DNA of 64,000 nt from Anaerohalosphaeraceae bacterium (GTDB lineage: Bacteria; Planctomycetota; Phycisphaerae; Sedimentisphaerales; Anaerohalosphaeraceae), in the NCBI GenBank assembly GCA_963675525.2, contig CAXXSL010000016.1, positions 832,001 to 896,000 on the forward strand, in the 5' to 3' direction. The position numbers and the translations under genes are program-made. Under the pieces are notes generated by a model. It saw nothing but the letters and a program-made list of their open reading frames with translations, had not been told where the DNA came from and did not search any database. Shown here piece after piece: positions 8,456 through 16,783 of this stretch. The first letter of the stretch is position 1. Every line of letters begins with the position of its first letter.

Positions 8456-9559
8456 ATGAAAGACTACAAACTCGAACTGATTTCCTCGAACCTGTCGCCG
8501 TGGCAGCCGGAGCATGATATATCCCGGCAAATCATGGTGCTTATGAGCGGCGGTGTGGACAGCAGTGTGACGGCGCATCTATTACGGCAGCAGGGATGGG
8601 ATGTTTTGGGCATCACCATGCGGATTCCGGTGGCCTGCCAGACCGGCAAGCGCGGCTGCTGCGGAGCGGAGGCGGCGTACGTTTGTGCGCAATTAGGCAT
8701 TCCTCATTATTTTATCGATGTGACCGAGGCGTTTAATGAGTTGGTAATTGAACGGTTTCGGGCCGATTACCGGCGGGGGTTTACGCCGAACCCGTGTGTG
8801 GATTGTAATACACTTTTGAAATTTATGCTGGTGTGGGATTTGGTGGAGAGGGAACTGGGGATTCGTTACCTTGCCACGGGTCATTATGCCGAAATCCGCG
8901 ACGGGCGACTGCGGCGGGGAAAAAATCAAGCTAAGGACCAGAGCTATTTTTTATACGGCATTCCGCGCGAGCGTCTGCCGTACTTTGTGCTGCCGCTGGC
9001 GGAGTTGAAAAAAGAAGAGGTGCGGGCTGTCGCGCAGGAAATCGGATTGGGCGTGGCGGATAAGCCGGAAAGCATGGAGTTGTGTTTTGCGGGCGAAGGC
9101 GATTACCGCGATGCGCTGGATGGCGGCGAACGGCCGGGGGACTTGGTGGATATGGACGGCAAGGTGATTGGCACGCATAAGGGGATTGCTCATTATACGC
9201 TCGGTCAGCGGCGGGGATTAAAATATGCCGCTGGTGAGCCGGTGTATGTGGCGCGGATTGACGCGGAAAAGAATATTGTCGCGCTGGGGACTAGGAGTGA
9301 GGTGCATCACGCGGTTATTCATGCCGACGAAGTGAATGTTTTGATCCCGGAGCAGATGAAAACGGGCGCGAAACTGTCCGGCAAGCTGCGCTCTTACGGT
9401 ACGCCGACACAGCCGTGTGAAATTATTGAATGCGGCAACGATACGGTGACTGTGCGATTCGATGAAAAACAGTTCGCCCCTTCGCCGGGACAAAAGCTGG
9501 TGCTCTATAACGACGATGACGAAGTCGTCGCCGGCGGAACGATTGCTGGTTTTGAATAA
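8456..9559 (+). CDS. mnmA: tRNA 2-thiouridylase MnmA
   Basis: MSGGVDSSV PP-loop, TPNPCVDCN, ATGHYA, KDQSYFL, YTLGQRRGL, PSPGQ. Confidence 0.96.
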   Translation: MKDYKLELISSNLSPWQPEHDISRQIMVLMSGGVDSSVTAHLLRQQGWDVLGITMRIPVACQTGKRGCCGAEAAYVCAQLGIPHYFIDVTEAFNELVIERFRADYRRGFTPNPCVDCNTLLKFMLVWDLVERELGIRYLATGHYAEIRDGRLRRGKNQAKDQSYFLYGIPRERLPYFVLPLAELKKEEVRAVAQEIGLGVADKPESMELCFAGEGDYRDALDGGERPGDLVDMDGKVIGTHKGIAHYTLGQRRGLKYAAGEPVYVARIDAEKNIVALGTRSEVHHAVIHADEVNVLIPEQMKTGAKLSGKLRSYGTPTQPCEIIECGNDTVTVRFDEKQFAPSPGQKLVLYNDDDEVVAGGTIAGFE

Positions 9560-9597
9560 ATAATTTCCGACTAATAAAATAATCAAAAAGTAAAATC

Positions 9598-10731
9598 ATG
9601 CGAAGATTTTTATTTACAATGACCTGTTGTCTATTCATGGCTTGTTTTTCAAGTTGTTCAAAAGAAAACCCCTCTCCTGCTAACGAATCCAATAGTGCTG
9701 CTTTTAATGAACTTCTGGCAAAAGCTGAAAACGGCGATGCAATTGCGCAAAGCAGGCTTGGCAGTCGATATTACAAAGGAAAAGGGGTTAAACAAGATTA
9801 CACACAAGCTTTTAGATGGTATCAAAAAGCCGCGGAACAGGGGGATGTATATGGACAAGTTAATCTGGGCCTCTTATATTGTGAAGGATTAGGCGTTGAG
9901 CTGAATTATACTCAAGCTATTGAATGGTACCAAAAGGCTATTGATCAGGGATCTGCCGGAGCGATGTATAATCTTGGATTGTTGTATGCTGAGGGAAAGG
10001 GCGTTGCGAAAGACCCAAACGAAGCTCTTGCTTTATTTATAAACGCAGCCGAACAAAATGATACTGAAGCACAAGCAACACTTGGACATGTATATGAAGG
10101 TAATATGGGTATCAAACAGGATTATGAAGAATCCTTTAAATGGTATCTCAAAGCCGCGAAACAGGGACATGCCCATGCACAATGTATGGTTGGATATTCT
10201 TATGATATAGGTGAGGGGATAGAGCAGGATTTCACAAAAGCTTTTGAATGGTATTCAAAAGCGGCCGAACAAGGAGACTGGCTTGCACAAAACAACCTCG
10301 GAACCTTATATGCTGAAGGCAATGGGATAAAGCAAGGCGACGAAAAAGCTCGTCAATGGTACCTAAAAGCAGCAAATCAAGGTTATCATGAAGCACAATG
10401 TAATCTTGGCGTCACGTATGATTTTGGACATGGCGTAAAAAAAGATCACAAAAAAGCTGCGCATTATTTTCTTCAAGCGGCAGAACAAGGGAACGCAAAA
10501 GCTCAATATAATTTGGGCATTATGTATGCCGAAGGAGAAGGTGTTGATAGGGATTATATGGAAAGTTATCAATGGTTGCGGTTGGCAGGAAATAACGGGT
10601 TCGACATCACCGAAGCAATGATTGCTCTGAAAAGCCGTATGACGCCGGAACAAATCGTATCGGCTGAGAAAAAGCTTGAGGAGTATATCAGAATTTTAAA
10701 AACGAAATCGGTCGAAGACGGGCCGAAGTAA
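9598..10731 (+). CDS. SEL1-like repeat lipoprotein
   Basis: lipobox FSSC; about eight 36-aa SLR units (AQ.NLG..Y..G.GV.QD...A..WY.KAA.QG). Confidence 0.92.
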   Translation: MRRFLFTMTCCLFMACFSSCSKENPSPANESNSAAFNELLAKAENGDAIAQSRLGSRYYKGKGVKQDYTQAFRWYQKAAEQGDVYGQVNLGLLYCEGLGVELNYTQAIEWYQKAIDQGSAGAMYNLGLLYAEGKGVAKDPNEALALFINAAEQNDTEAQATLGHVYEGNMGIKQDYEESFKWYLKAAKQGHAHAQCMVGYSYDIGEGIEQDFTKAFEWYSKAAEQGDWLAQNNLGTLYAEGNGIKQGDEKARQWYLKAANQGYHEAQCNLGVTYDFGHGVKKDHKKAAHYFLQAAEQGNAKAQYNLGIMYAEGEGVDRDYMESYQWLRLAGNNGFDITEAMIALKSRMTPEQIVSAEKKLEEYIRILKTKSVEDGPK

Positions 10732-10745
10732 TTGATTATGTATTT

Positions 10746-10815
10746 GACCCTTTCAGGGTCGTAATGGTTTTGATGATTCGTTTTCCCCGGGTTCCGCTTT
10801 GCTACACCCGGGGCT
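10746..10815. repeat. REP-like palindromic element, left part (interrupted by the IS)
   Basis: hairpins GACCCT-ttc-AGGGTC and CCCCGGG...CCCGGGG; continues at 12218-12242. Confidence 0.7.
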
Positions 10816-10889
10816 GTTATGAGGCCATCTTACAAGTCTTATATTTTAAAACCAACAATTTTTTTGTTTTTTACTTCATATCGATATTC

Positions 10890-11050
10890 CTTGTCTTTCA
10901 AGATTGATCGCTCAGTCTGTTATTCGTGCTCGAAGCACACGTTAATCGATTCGTTCTTCCTGAGGTGCCGCCAACAATCTACAATCGTGTTCAAGACACA
11001 AGCCTCGGGCCGTGGTCGGCACGTCGTGGTGAGCTTCAATCCATTCGTAT
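10890..11050 (-). ncRNA. putative bridge/seek RNA of the IS110 element (ends approximate)
   Basis: two stem/internal-loop/stem units; loop segments match the target flank (CCCGAGGCT vs CCCGGGGCT) and the element end (CTGTTAT 7/7). Confidence 0.7.
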
Positions 11051-11055
11051 ACTGT

Positions 11056-12138
11056 TTAAGCTTTTTCCGCCCGATAGGGTTCATTTTTTATCAACATGCG
11101 CCACAGATGCACGGTCAGTTTTCGAGCCACCGCAGTGATCGCTTTCTGTTTGATACCCCCATTGCTGTGACAAATCCGCCAAAAGTATTGTTTGGCCTTA
11201 ACATCAACGGCAACCCACTGCCATGCGGCTTGAATGAGTGTGCAACGAAGGGACGGCTTCCCGTCCCGATTGATGGGGCCGGATGTACTTTTTGAACCGC
11301 TTTGATGGATCGTCGGGGCCAATCCGACATATTTGACCACTTGGCAGGATGTCTCAAAATGGTCATAGTGGAACACTTCCGTAACAAACTGTCGTGCTGT
11401 CACCGGTCCGATGCCGGGATGTGTTTGAAGTAATGCAATCCGCTGGCCGGTTGGTGTTGACCCCATCCTTTCGTCCAGGAGACGCTCAAGCACCGTCAGT
11501 CTGTCAGAATGGTAGTCCAGGTCGCTGAGTAACGCGTCCAGTGACAAACGTAATGGCTTTGGCAGCCGCAAGGCTCGGAGGGCGTCGATGCTTTTACCAG
11601 ACCAATATTTGAGCCCTTCCGGTTCCGTCAGCCCGTGTTGTAATAAAAATGACTTGATTTGAGTTTTGACACAGGCTCCGTTTTTTCGTTGACGATGCCG
11701 CATCCGGCACAACTGTCGGTCCCCCTCCTGCTGGACCGAAGGAATGGTCACCGGTTTGAGGAGCCCCTTGGCCAGATAACACGCCAGTTTTTTACTGTCC
11801 AGGCGATCTGTCTTGTCCTCTTTGGCGGCCGGCCGGGGCGTTTTAGAGGTGGCCGCAATAGTCACGGGCAGATGGTGTTTTTGTAAGGTGCGAGCCAATG
11901 AATAGCCCGTGGGCCCGGCTTCGTAAACAATCTCTTTGATGGCGTGCTGGACCGGTTTGAGCTGTTCAATAAGTTGATTGGGATTCGACGGCATGACAAA
12001 ATCAAGAGCGGGGGTGTCGTTTAAGTGCAGCGCGACATGATACGTTTCCTTATGGGTGTCAATACCAATAAACAATGCATCGTTACGGGTTAAACGGATA
12101 GTGTTGAAAAATGTCTGTACCTTTGATAGACTACGCAT
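11056..12138 (-). CDS. IS110-family recombinase/transposase
   Basis: IGIDTHK, YEAGPTG, KTDRLD (DEDD); HPGIGP and GLAPTIHQSG (Tnp20 serine), AITAVARKL; ATG 12138 with AAGGA RBS (ORF open from 12177). Confidence 0.95.
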   Translation of the reverse strand: MRSLSKVQTFFNTIRLTRNDALFIGIDTHKETYHVALHLNDTPALDFVMPSNPNQLIEQLKPVQHAIKEIVYEAGPTGYSLARTLQKHHLPVTIAATSKTPRPAAKEDKTDRLDSKKLACYLAKGLLKPVTIPSVQQEGDRQLCRMRHRQRKNGACVKTQIKSFLLQHGLTEPEGLKYWSGKSIDALRALRLPKPLRLSLDALLSDLDYHSDRLTVLERLLDERMGSTPTGQRIALLQTHPGIGPVTARQFVTEVFHYDHFETSCQVVKYVGLAPTIHQSGSKSTSGPINRDGKPSLRCTLIQAAWQWVAVDVKAKQYFWRICHSNGGIKQKAITAVARKLTVHLWRMLIKNEPYRAEKA

Positions 12139-12217
12139 GGGCCATCCTTTCGATAATGGTTCCGGTTTAGGGTTCAAAAACCATTATAAGAACTTTTGGA
12201 TGGCCTACATATTATCT

Positions 12218-12242
12218 ATTATTATTCAAGCCCTTTGGGCTT
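12218..12242. repeat. REP-like palindromic element, right part
   Basis: ATTATTATTC then hairpin AAGCCC-ttt-GGGCTT; rejoins 10746-10815 when the IS is removed. Confidence 0.65.
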
Positions 12243-12326
12243 ATGGAATCCGTAGGGCTTTTGGCTGTTATTATTATACTAAATTTGTCGAGATTTTCAA
12301 GTAAATTCGGGTTTGGCGGGTACTTC

Positions 12327-12355
12327 TTGCTTCATGGGGGGTAAACTGGTATAAT
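12327..12355 (+). promoter_or_regulatory. sigma70-type promoter of tyrS
   Basis: TTGCTT-17 nt-TATAAT. Confidence 0.6.
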
Positions 12356-12396
12356 CCGCGTTTTTGAATGATTATTAAGTACATTGGGACAACTCT

Positions 12397-13599
12397 ATGG
12401 ACATTAAAGAACAAGTCAACTTACTTAAGCGCGGGACGGTGGAGGTGTATAATGAGGACGAACTGGCCGGCCGGCTGGCGGATGCGGCGAAAACGGGCCG
12501 GCAGCTTCGCGCCAAGCTGGGCATGGATCCGACGGCGCCGGATATTCATCTGGGGCACACGGTTGTACTCCGGAAACTTCGACAGTTTCAGGACTTAGGT
12601 CACAAGGCGGTGTTGATTATCGGCGACTATACAGCGCGGATCGGTGACCCGACGGGGCAAAACACGACGCGGCCGATGCTCACGCCTGAGTCCATCAAGC
12701 AGAACGCCCAGACGTATTTCGACCAGGCCGGCAAAATTCTCGATATGTCGCCGGAAAAAGTGGAAGTGCGATACAACAGCGAATGGCTGGCCGATCTGCA
12801 CCTGGCCGATGTCATCAAACTGACGGCGTCGATGACAGTCGCGCGGATGCTGGAGCGGGATACGTTCGAGATTCGTTATAAGAAGGGCGACCCGATCGGC
12901 GTGCATGAGTTTCTGTATCCGCTGATGCAGGGCTATGACTCGGTAGCCATCAAAAGCGATATCGAACTGGGCGGTACGGATCAGACGTATAATAATCTGG
13001 TCGGTCGGGACCTGCAGAGGTTGGACGGGCAAAAGCCGCAGATCGTGATTACCATGCCGATCCTGGTCGGTCTCGATGGCGTGCAGAAGATGTCCAAGTC
13101 CAAAGGCAATTATATTGGTGTGACGGATGTGCCGTCGGAGATGTTCGGCAAGACGATGAGTATTCCGGATGAGCTGATGGAGAATTACTTTACATTGCTG
13201 ACGGATATTCCGGCGGATGAGATTAAAATCCTGTGCGATGCGTCGAAGACACATCCGAAAGAAGCGAAAGTCAAACTCGGCAAGCTGATCGTTGAGCAGT
13301 TTTATGATGCAGCCGCGGGCGTAGCGGCTGCGGCGGAGTTTGAGCGGGTGTTTGCTCAGAATCAACTGCCGGATGATATGCCGACAGTCGAGATTTCCGC
13401 CGAGCCGGTTATGGCCAGTAAACTGCTGGTGCAGTGCGGATTGGTCGATAGCGGTGGGGAAGCCAAGCGCATGTGCAAGCAGGGCGGCGTCAAAGTTAAC
13501 GACGAAAAGATCGGTGACCCGGCGATGGAAATTACCCCGGCCGACGGCATGATCGTACAGGTTGGCAAACGGAAATTCGCAAAATTGAAAATAACATAA
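12397..13599 (+). CDS. tyrS: tyrosine--tRNA ligase
   Basis: GMDPTAPDIHLGH (HIGH), YPLMQGYDS, ELGGTDQ, KMSKS, C-terminal S4 domain. Confidence 0.98.
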   Translation: MDIKEQVNLLKRGTVEVYNEDELAGRLADAAKTGRQLRAKLGMDPTAPDIHLGHTVVLRKLRQFQDLGHKAVLIIGDYTARIGDPTGQNTTRPMLTPESIKQNAQTYFDQAGKILDMSPEKVEVRYNSEWLADLHLADVIKLTASMTVARMLERDTFEIRYKKGDPIGVHEFLYPLMQGYDSVAIKSDIELGGTDQTYNNLVGRDLQRLDGQKPQIVITMPILVGLDGVQKMSKSKGNYIGVTDVPSEMFGKTMSIPDELMENYFTLLTDIPADEIKILCDASKTHPKEAKVKLGKLIVEQFYDAAAGVAAAAEFERVFAQNQLPDDMPTVEISAEPVMASKLLVQCGLVDSGGEAKRMCKQGGVKVNDEKIGDPAMEITPADGMIVQVGKRKFAKLKIT

Positions 13600-13613
13600 A
13601 ACGGAGCAATGCC

Positions 13614-14192
13614 ATGAAGATGCCGGAAGTACAAGAGGCAACAAAATATGTCGGATTATATGTGGTGGATTTCGGTGACCACAGCGGAGTAGGATTTACC
13701 CCGGCGGAAGTGGCCGAACTGCTGGACAGCGAACAATTCGCAGAGGTGCAAGTTTATAAAATCCATCGGGCCTATCCGGACGGCAGGATGGAACTGAAGG
13801 GGGTTTCGGCCGAGAGGTTTGGTCTGGAGGCCGGGATGTTCTTTCAGGCTGTTGATGAAGCGGCTGCGCGGGATGATTTTGCCCGGCTGCTCGCATGGGC
13901 CGAAACACAATTGCCGCCGAGTCGCTGTAAAGTGCATCTGTCCAAAGCAGACCAGGGGTATCTGACGGCTTTGATCTATCCGGCCGAGTTTGACGATGAA
14001 TTTTCTCGCTGGCTGCTGGATGGGCAGTATCGCACCACCGGCGCAACCGAAGGAGGAACCAGTGCCGTTGGGGGCTATTATGATGCCGCTCCGCAGATCC
14101 TGGAACGAAAACAACTCTGGCCTCAGGAATCGCTGGAAAACCTGCACGGAGAAGCATTGCTTGAGGCCGCAAAACGGGCGGTTGTCCGGTGA
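13614..14192 (+). CDS. hypothetical protein
   Basis: 192 aa, GGAG RBS, host-like codon usage, directly after tyrS. Confidence 0.75.
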   Translation: MKMPEVQEATKYVGLYVVDFGDHSGVGFTPAEVAELLDSEQFAEVQVYKIHRAYPDGRMELKGVSAERFGLEAGMFFQAVDEAAARDDFARLLAWAETQLPPSRCKVHLSKADQGYLTALIYPAEFDDEFSRWLLDGQYRTTGATEGGTSAVGGYYDAAPQILERKQLWPQESLENLHGEALLEAAKRAVVR

Positions 14193-14395
14193 AACGAGCC
14201 AACTCCATCCTGACATCGAAACGACGTCGGCTGGGTTTTTTTGCGGGCCTGATTATAAGGTCTGGATTTAGATCCGGGTTGTCATCTCGGGAACTGCACC
14301 GAAAAGATTTCAAATCCAGCACACAGAAGATGGGTGTCCGCTTTTCTGATCGGATTAGAAATACCTTCCGTTTCCGCTGGTTGAAGATCAAGTAG
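14189..14395 (+). CDS. small basic hypothetical protein
   Basis: 68 aa, Arg/Lys-rich; GTGA start/stop overlap with upstream gene suggests translational coupling. Confidence 0.45.
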   Translation: MKRANSILTSKRRRLGFFAGLIIRSGFRSGLSSRELHRKDFKSSTQKMGVRFSDRIRNTFRFRWLKIK

Positions 14396-14876
14396 ACATC
14401 ATGATCACAGTTTTTTCTCTAAGGAACATTGAAGTATTCAGAATTAATTTATGGGCCTGATTTGCCAAAAAGGCGACATTTTATATCACCATACAAGCCT
14501 TGTGATGACATGGAAGATTAGCACAGGTATAAATTTCAAAGTGTTTACAACATTGTTATTTTGTGACTTTATAGAAGAAAAAAAACGAGGCCGAAAAAGT
14601 TTTTTTTTAGGAAATCTCATCAGTAAATACACCTATCCATCCACTAAAGACACTGTATATCTGAAACAGCTTAAGTCTCTATTTTAAAGCTGTTTAACGA
14701 ACATGGGGGCATCCGTAAAAATACCTATTTTAGCTGAATTCACCCAGTGGCATCGGTGTAAATTGGGTTCGTCCGATAAAACAGCCGAAAAAATGTTGGA
14801 CATTTTATTATGAATTTGTTAAAGATTGGCAATCGGCTTAGCCGAATTTAATTATGCAAGAGTTTTCTCCCCTCCG

Positions 14877-14917
14877 GAAAACATCAGGGAACACAAGTTT
14901 CCTGATGTTTTCTTTTT
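14877..14917 (+). terminator. strong intrinsic terminator in intergenic region
   Basis: GAAAACATCAGG / CCTGATGTTTTC 12-bp stem followed by TTTTT. Confidence 0.7.
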
Positions 14918-15034
14918 GCGCATTTTAGGGGATAGGATCATTTCGAGGCTCAATCATGGCTATTTCCTAAAAAAATGGTCATCGTGTACAATCGGCGGGA
15001 ATGCGGAATGGTTTTTAAAAACACCGGGCAGCGC

Positions 15035-15073
15035 AAAAAGAAAAAGCCTATACCGAAAATCGATAAAGGCTTT
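15035..15073 (-). terminator. intrinsic terminator of the minus-strand nrdR transcript
   Basis: minus strand AAAGCCT...AGGCTTT followed by TTCTTTTT. Confidence 0.65.
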
Positions 15074-15312
15074 CTCTGCACCATTGCCGTGGCGGGCAGG
15101 CGGTTTATATGAACCGAACATAGCAGTCGGAGGAGATTTAAAGTTTTAGACAGCCGTATCGTCTTGAAAGAAGATTGGTTTTTATCCTTCTAACCTGTCT
15201 GTTCCTTTTGGGCGAACTGCGACAATCCCTTGTTGCCGGCTGTCTAAGACAAACATCCCTGTTTGCTTTGTCTCGGCGGTATATTCGGTTGTGATTAGTT
15301 TTAAAAGAGCTT

Positions 15313-15858
15313 TTATACGGCGGCCAGTTGACGATGTGCGTCCAGCATGTTTTCGGTGTCCGTAATCACCAACTGGTGGATCAGGCTTTTTCGTACTTTC
15401 GGGATACCCATTTTCAGGATTTTCTCCTCCACTTCCGCGGCGATCACGCGGGCCAGAAAACGGTCGATACTGTGCTGGTTGACAAGGTCATTAACAATGC
15501 GTGCTTTGTCCCAATGACCGCACCCGGACATTAGGCTTCGTTGCTGAACATCGTCGATGACTTCAACCCGTTTACGCTGAAGTTTTCGTTTGAGGCGGTG
15601 TTCGCACAATACTGCCGCCGCCTGATGATGACCGGTCGAAGACAGTACCTCCAGGATCATTTGATGGATGTCGTCGGTACTGAGTGTTCCGTGGCGCACC
15701 TGGCGATATAGATAGTACGTTACAGCTTCGGCCATTTGTTCGGCGGCATACAGATAGTCGCCCTCCGACAGCGGCAATGCGTGATGAAAAGAACCGAGCA
15801 CTTTGGTGTGCAGGTACGGCTCGAGACTGCCGTCAGATTTTGAAATCCGGATCTGCAT
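15313..15858 (-). CDS. stand-alone ATP-cone-like protein
   Basis: IRISKSDGSLEPY..TKV and a second unit WDKARIVNDL...LARVIAAEVEEKI; ATG 15858 preferred (ORF open from 15912). Confidence 0.7.
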   Translation of the reverse strand: MQIRISKSDGSLEPYLHTKVLGSFHHALPLSEGDYLYAAEQMAEAVTYYLYRQVRHGTLSTDDIHQMILEVLSSTGHHQAAAVLCEHRLKRKLQRKRVEVIDDVQQRSLMSGCGHWDKARIVNDLVNQHSIDRFLARVIAAEVEEKILKMGIPKVRKSLIHQLVITDTENMLDAHRQLAAV

Positions 15859-15963
15859 GTCACTGACCCTTTCCATATCGTATTTTATAAACGCCTTTAA
15901 AAAACGAATCACCGCATATATTTATCTTCGGTTTGCGGCATTGATTTATCTTTATGCGGATCT

Positions 15964-16455
15964 CTAATCGGCAAATAACTGCGGCTGGTCGCCGATTTCG
16001 TCCTGAGAGATCGCTTGGCTGACTTCGTCCAGCAGGTCGTCAGCATCAGTAAAATCACGATACACACTGGCAAAACGAATATAGGCCACGTTGTCCACCT
16101 TACGCAGACATTTCATGGCCTGTTCGCCGATAAACAAAGAGGATACCTCTTTGTCATAATGGCGAAAGATTTCTTCTTCGATGCGGTCGGCAATATCTTG
16201 GGTCTTCTCCGCGGAGACCGGGCGTTTGTAGCAGGCTTTTTGCAGGCCGGCGATCACTTTTTCACGGTCATAAGGAATGCGTGTTCCGTCCTTTTTGATG
16301 ACATTCAGCTTGAAGGATTCGCCGATCTTTTCGTAGGTGGTAAAGCGACGTTCGCATTGAAGACACTCCCGGCGACGGCGAATCACGCGTCCCCCTTCGC
16401 TCGACCGTGAGTCGATGACTTTATCGTTATCCTCTTTGCAGAACGGGCACCTCAC
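15964..16455 (-). CDS. nrdR: transcriptional repressor NrdR
   Basis: RCPFC, KVIDSR, IRRRREC..C..RFTTYE, ATP cone, VAYIRFASVYRDF; GTG 16455 likely start. Confidence 0.97.
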   Translation of the reverse strand: MRCPFCKEDNDKVIDSRSSEGGRVIRRRRECLQCERRFTTYEKIGESFKLNVIKKDGTRIPYDREKVIAGLQKACYKRPVSAEKTQDIADRIEEEIFRHYDKEVSSLFIGEQAMKCLRKVDNVAYIRFASVYRDFTDADDLLDEVSQAISQDEIGDQPQLFAD

Positions 16456-16493
16456 AAGACCATCCCTGTCCATTTTAACCGGCGTCATTTGGG

Positions 16494-16539
16494 TTACTAT
16501 ATATCAATTTCGTACAATCTTAACATCTATATATAGTAT
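16494..16539. promoter_or_regulatory. tandem NrdR boxes overlapping the nrdR promoter
   Basis: catCTATATATAGtat (16524-16539) and ttaCTATATATCAatt (16494-16509), 30 bp apart; minus-strand TTGACA at 16544-16539. Confidence 0.7.
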
Positions 16540-16783
16540 GTCAACACCCATTTGGGAAAAGAATTATCGGTCGTTGCGGGATTTTTTTGATAATCGGAAC
16601 ATTTCCATAAAATATTCGCCGGTTTTTCGATTATTGTCCCGGACGTCAGGTAAAGCGCTTACGCATCACGGAAAAATTAACACAGATAACATTTATGGAA
16701 AGCGTTGAATATAAGGGTGGATTTTTGTATAATGGAACTGTAACGAAAATAACCAGTGCGGTCTTCTTTTCGGGGGTTTTAAA

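Larger units (their letters stand above)
10816..12217 (-). mobile_element. IS110-family (IS1111-type) insertion sequence, about 1.4 kb
   Basis: DEDD/Tnp20 recombinase; imperfect subterminal IRs 10819-10843 and 12185-12210 lying 3 and 7 nt inside the ends; CT core at both junctions; no target-site duplication; non-coding region downstream of the gene. Confidence 0.9.

Noticed and set aside
10819..11295. 158-aa plus-strand ORF
   Set aside because: Overlaps the IS end, the structured RNA region and the antisense of the transposase; no motifs.
14400..15310. Replication origin, or real genes at 14451-14687 and 14826-15149
   Set aside because: No TTATCCACA-like DnaA box cluster; the ORFs lack an RBS or motifs and one crosses a strong terminator.
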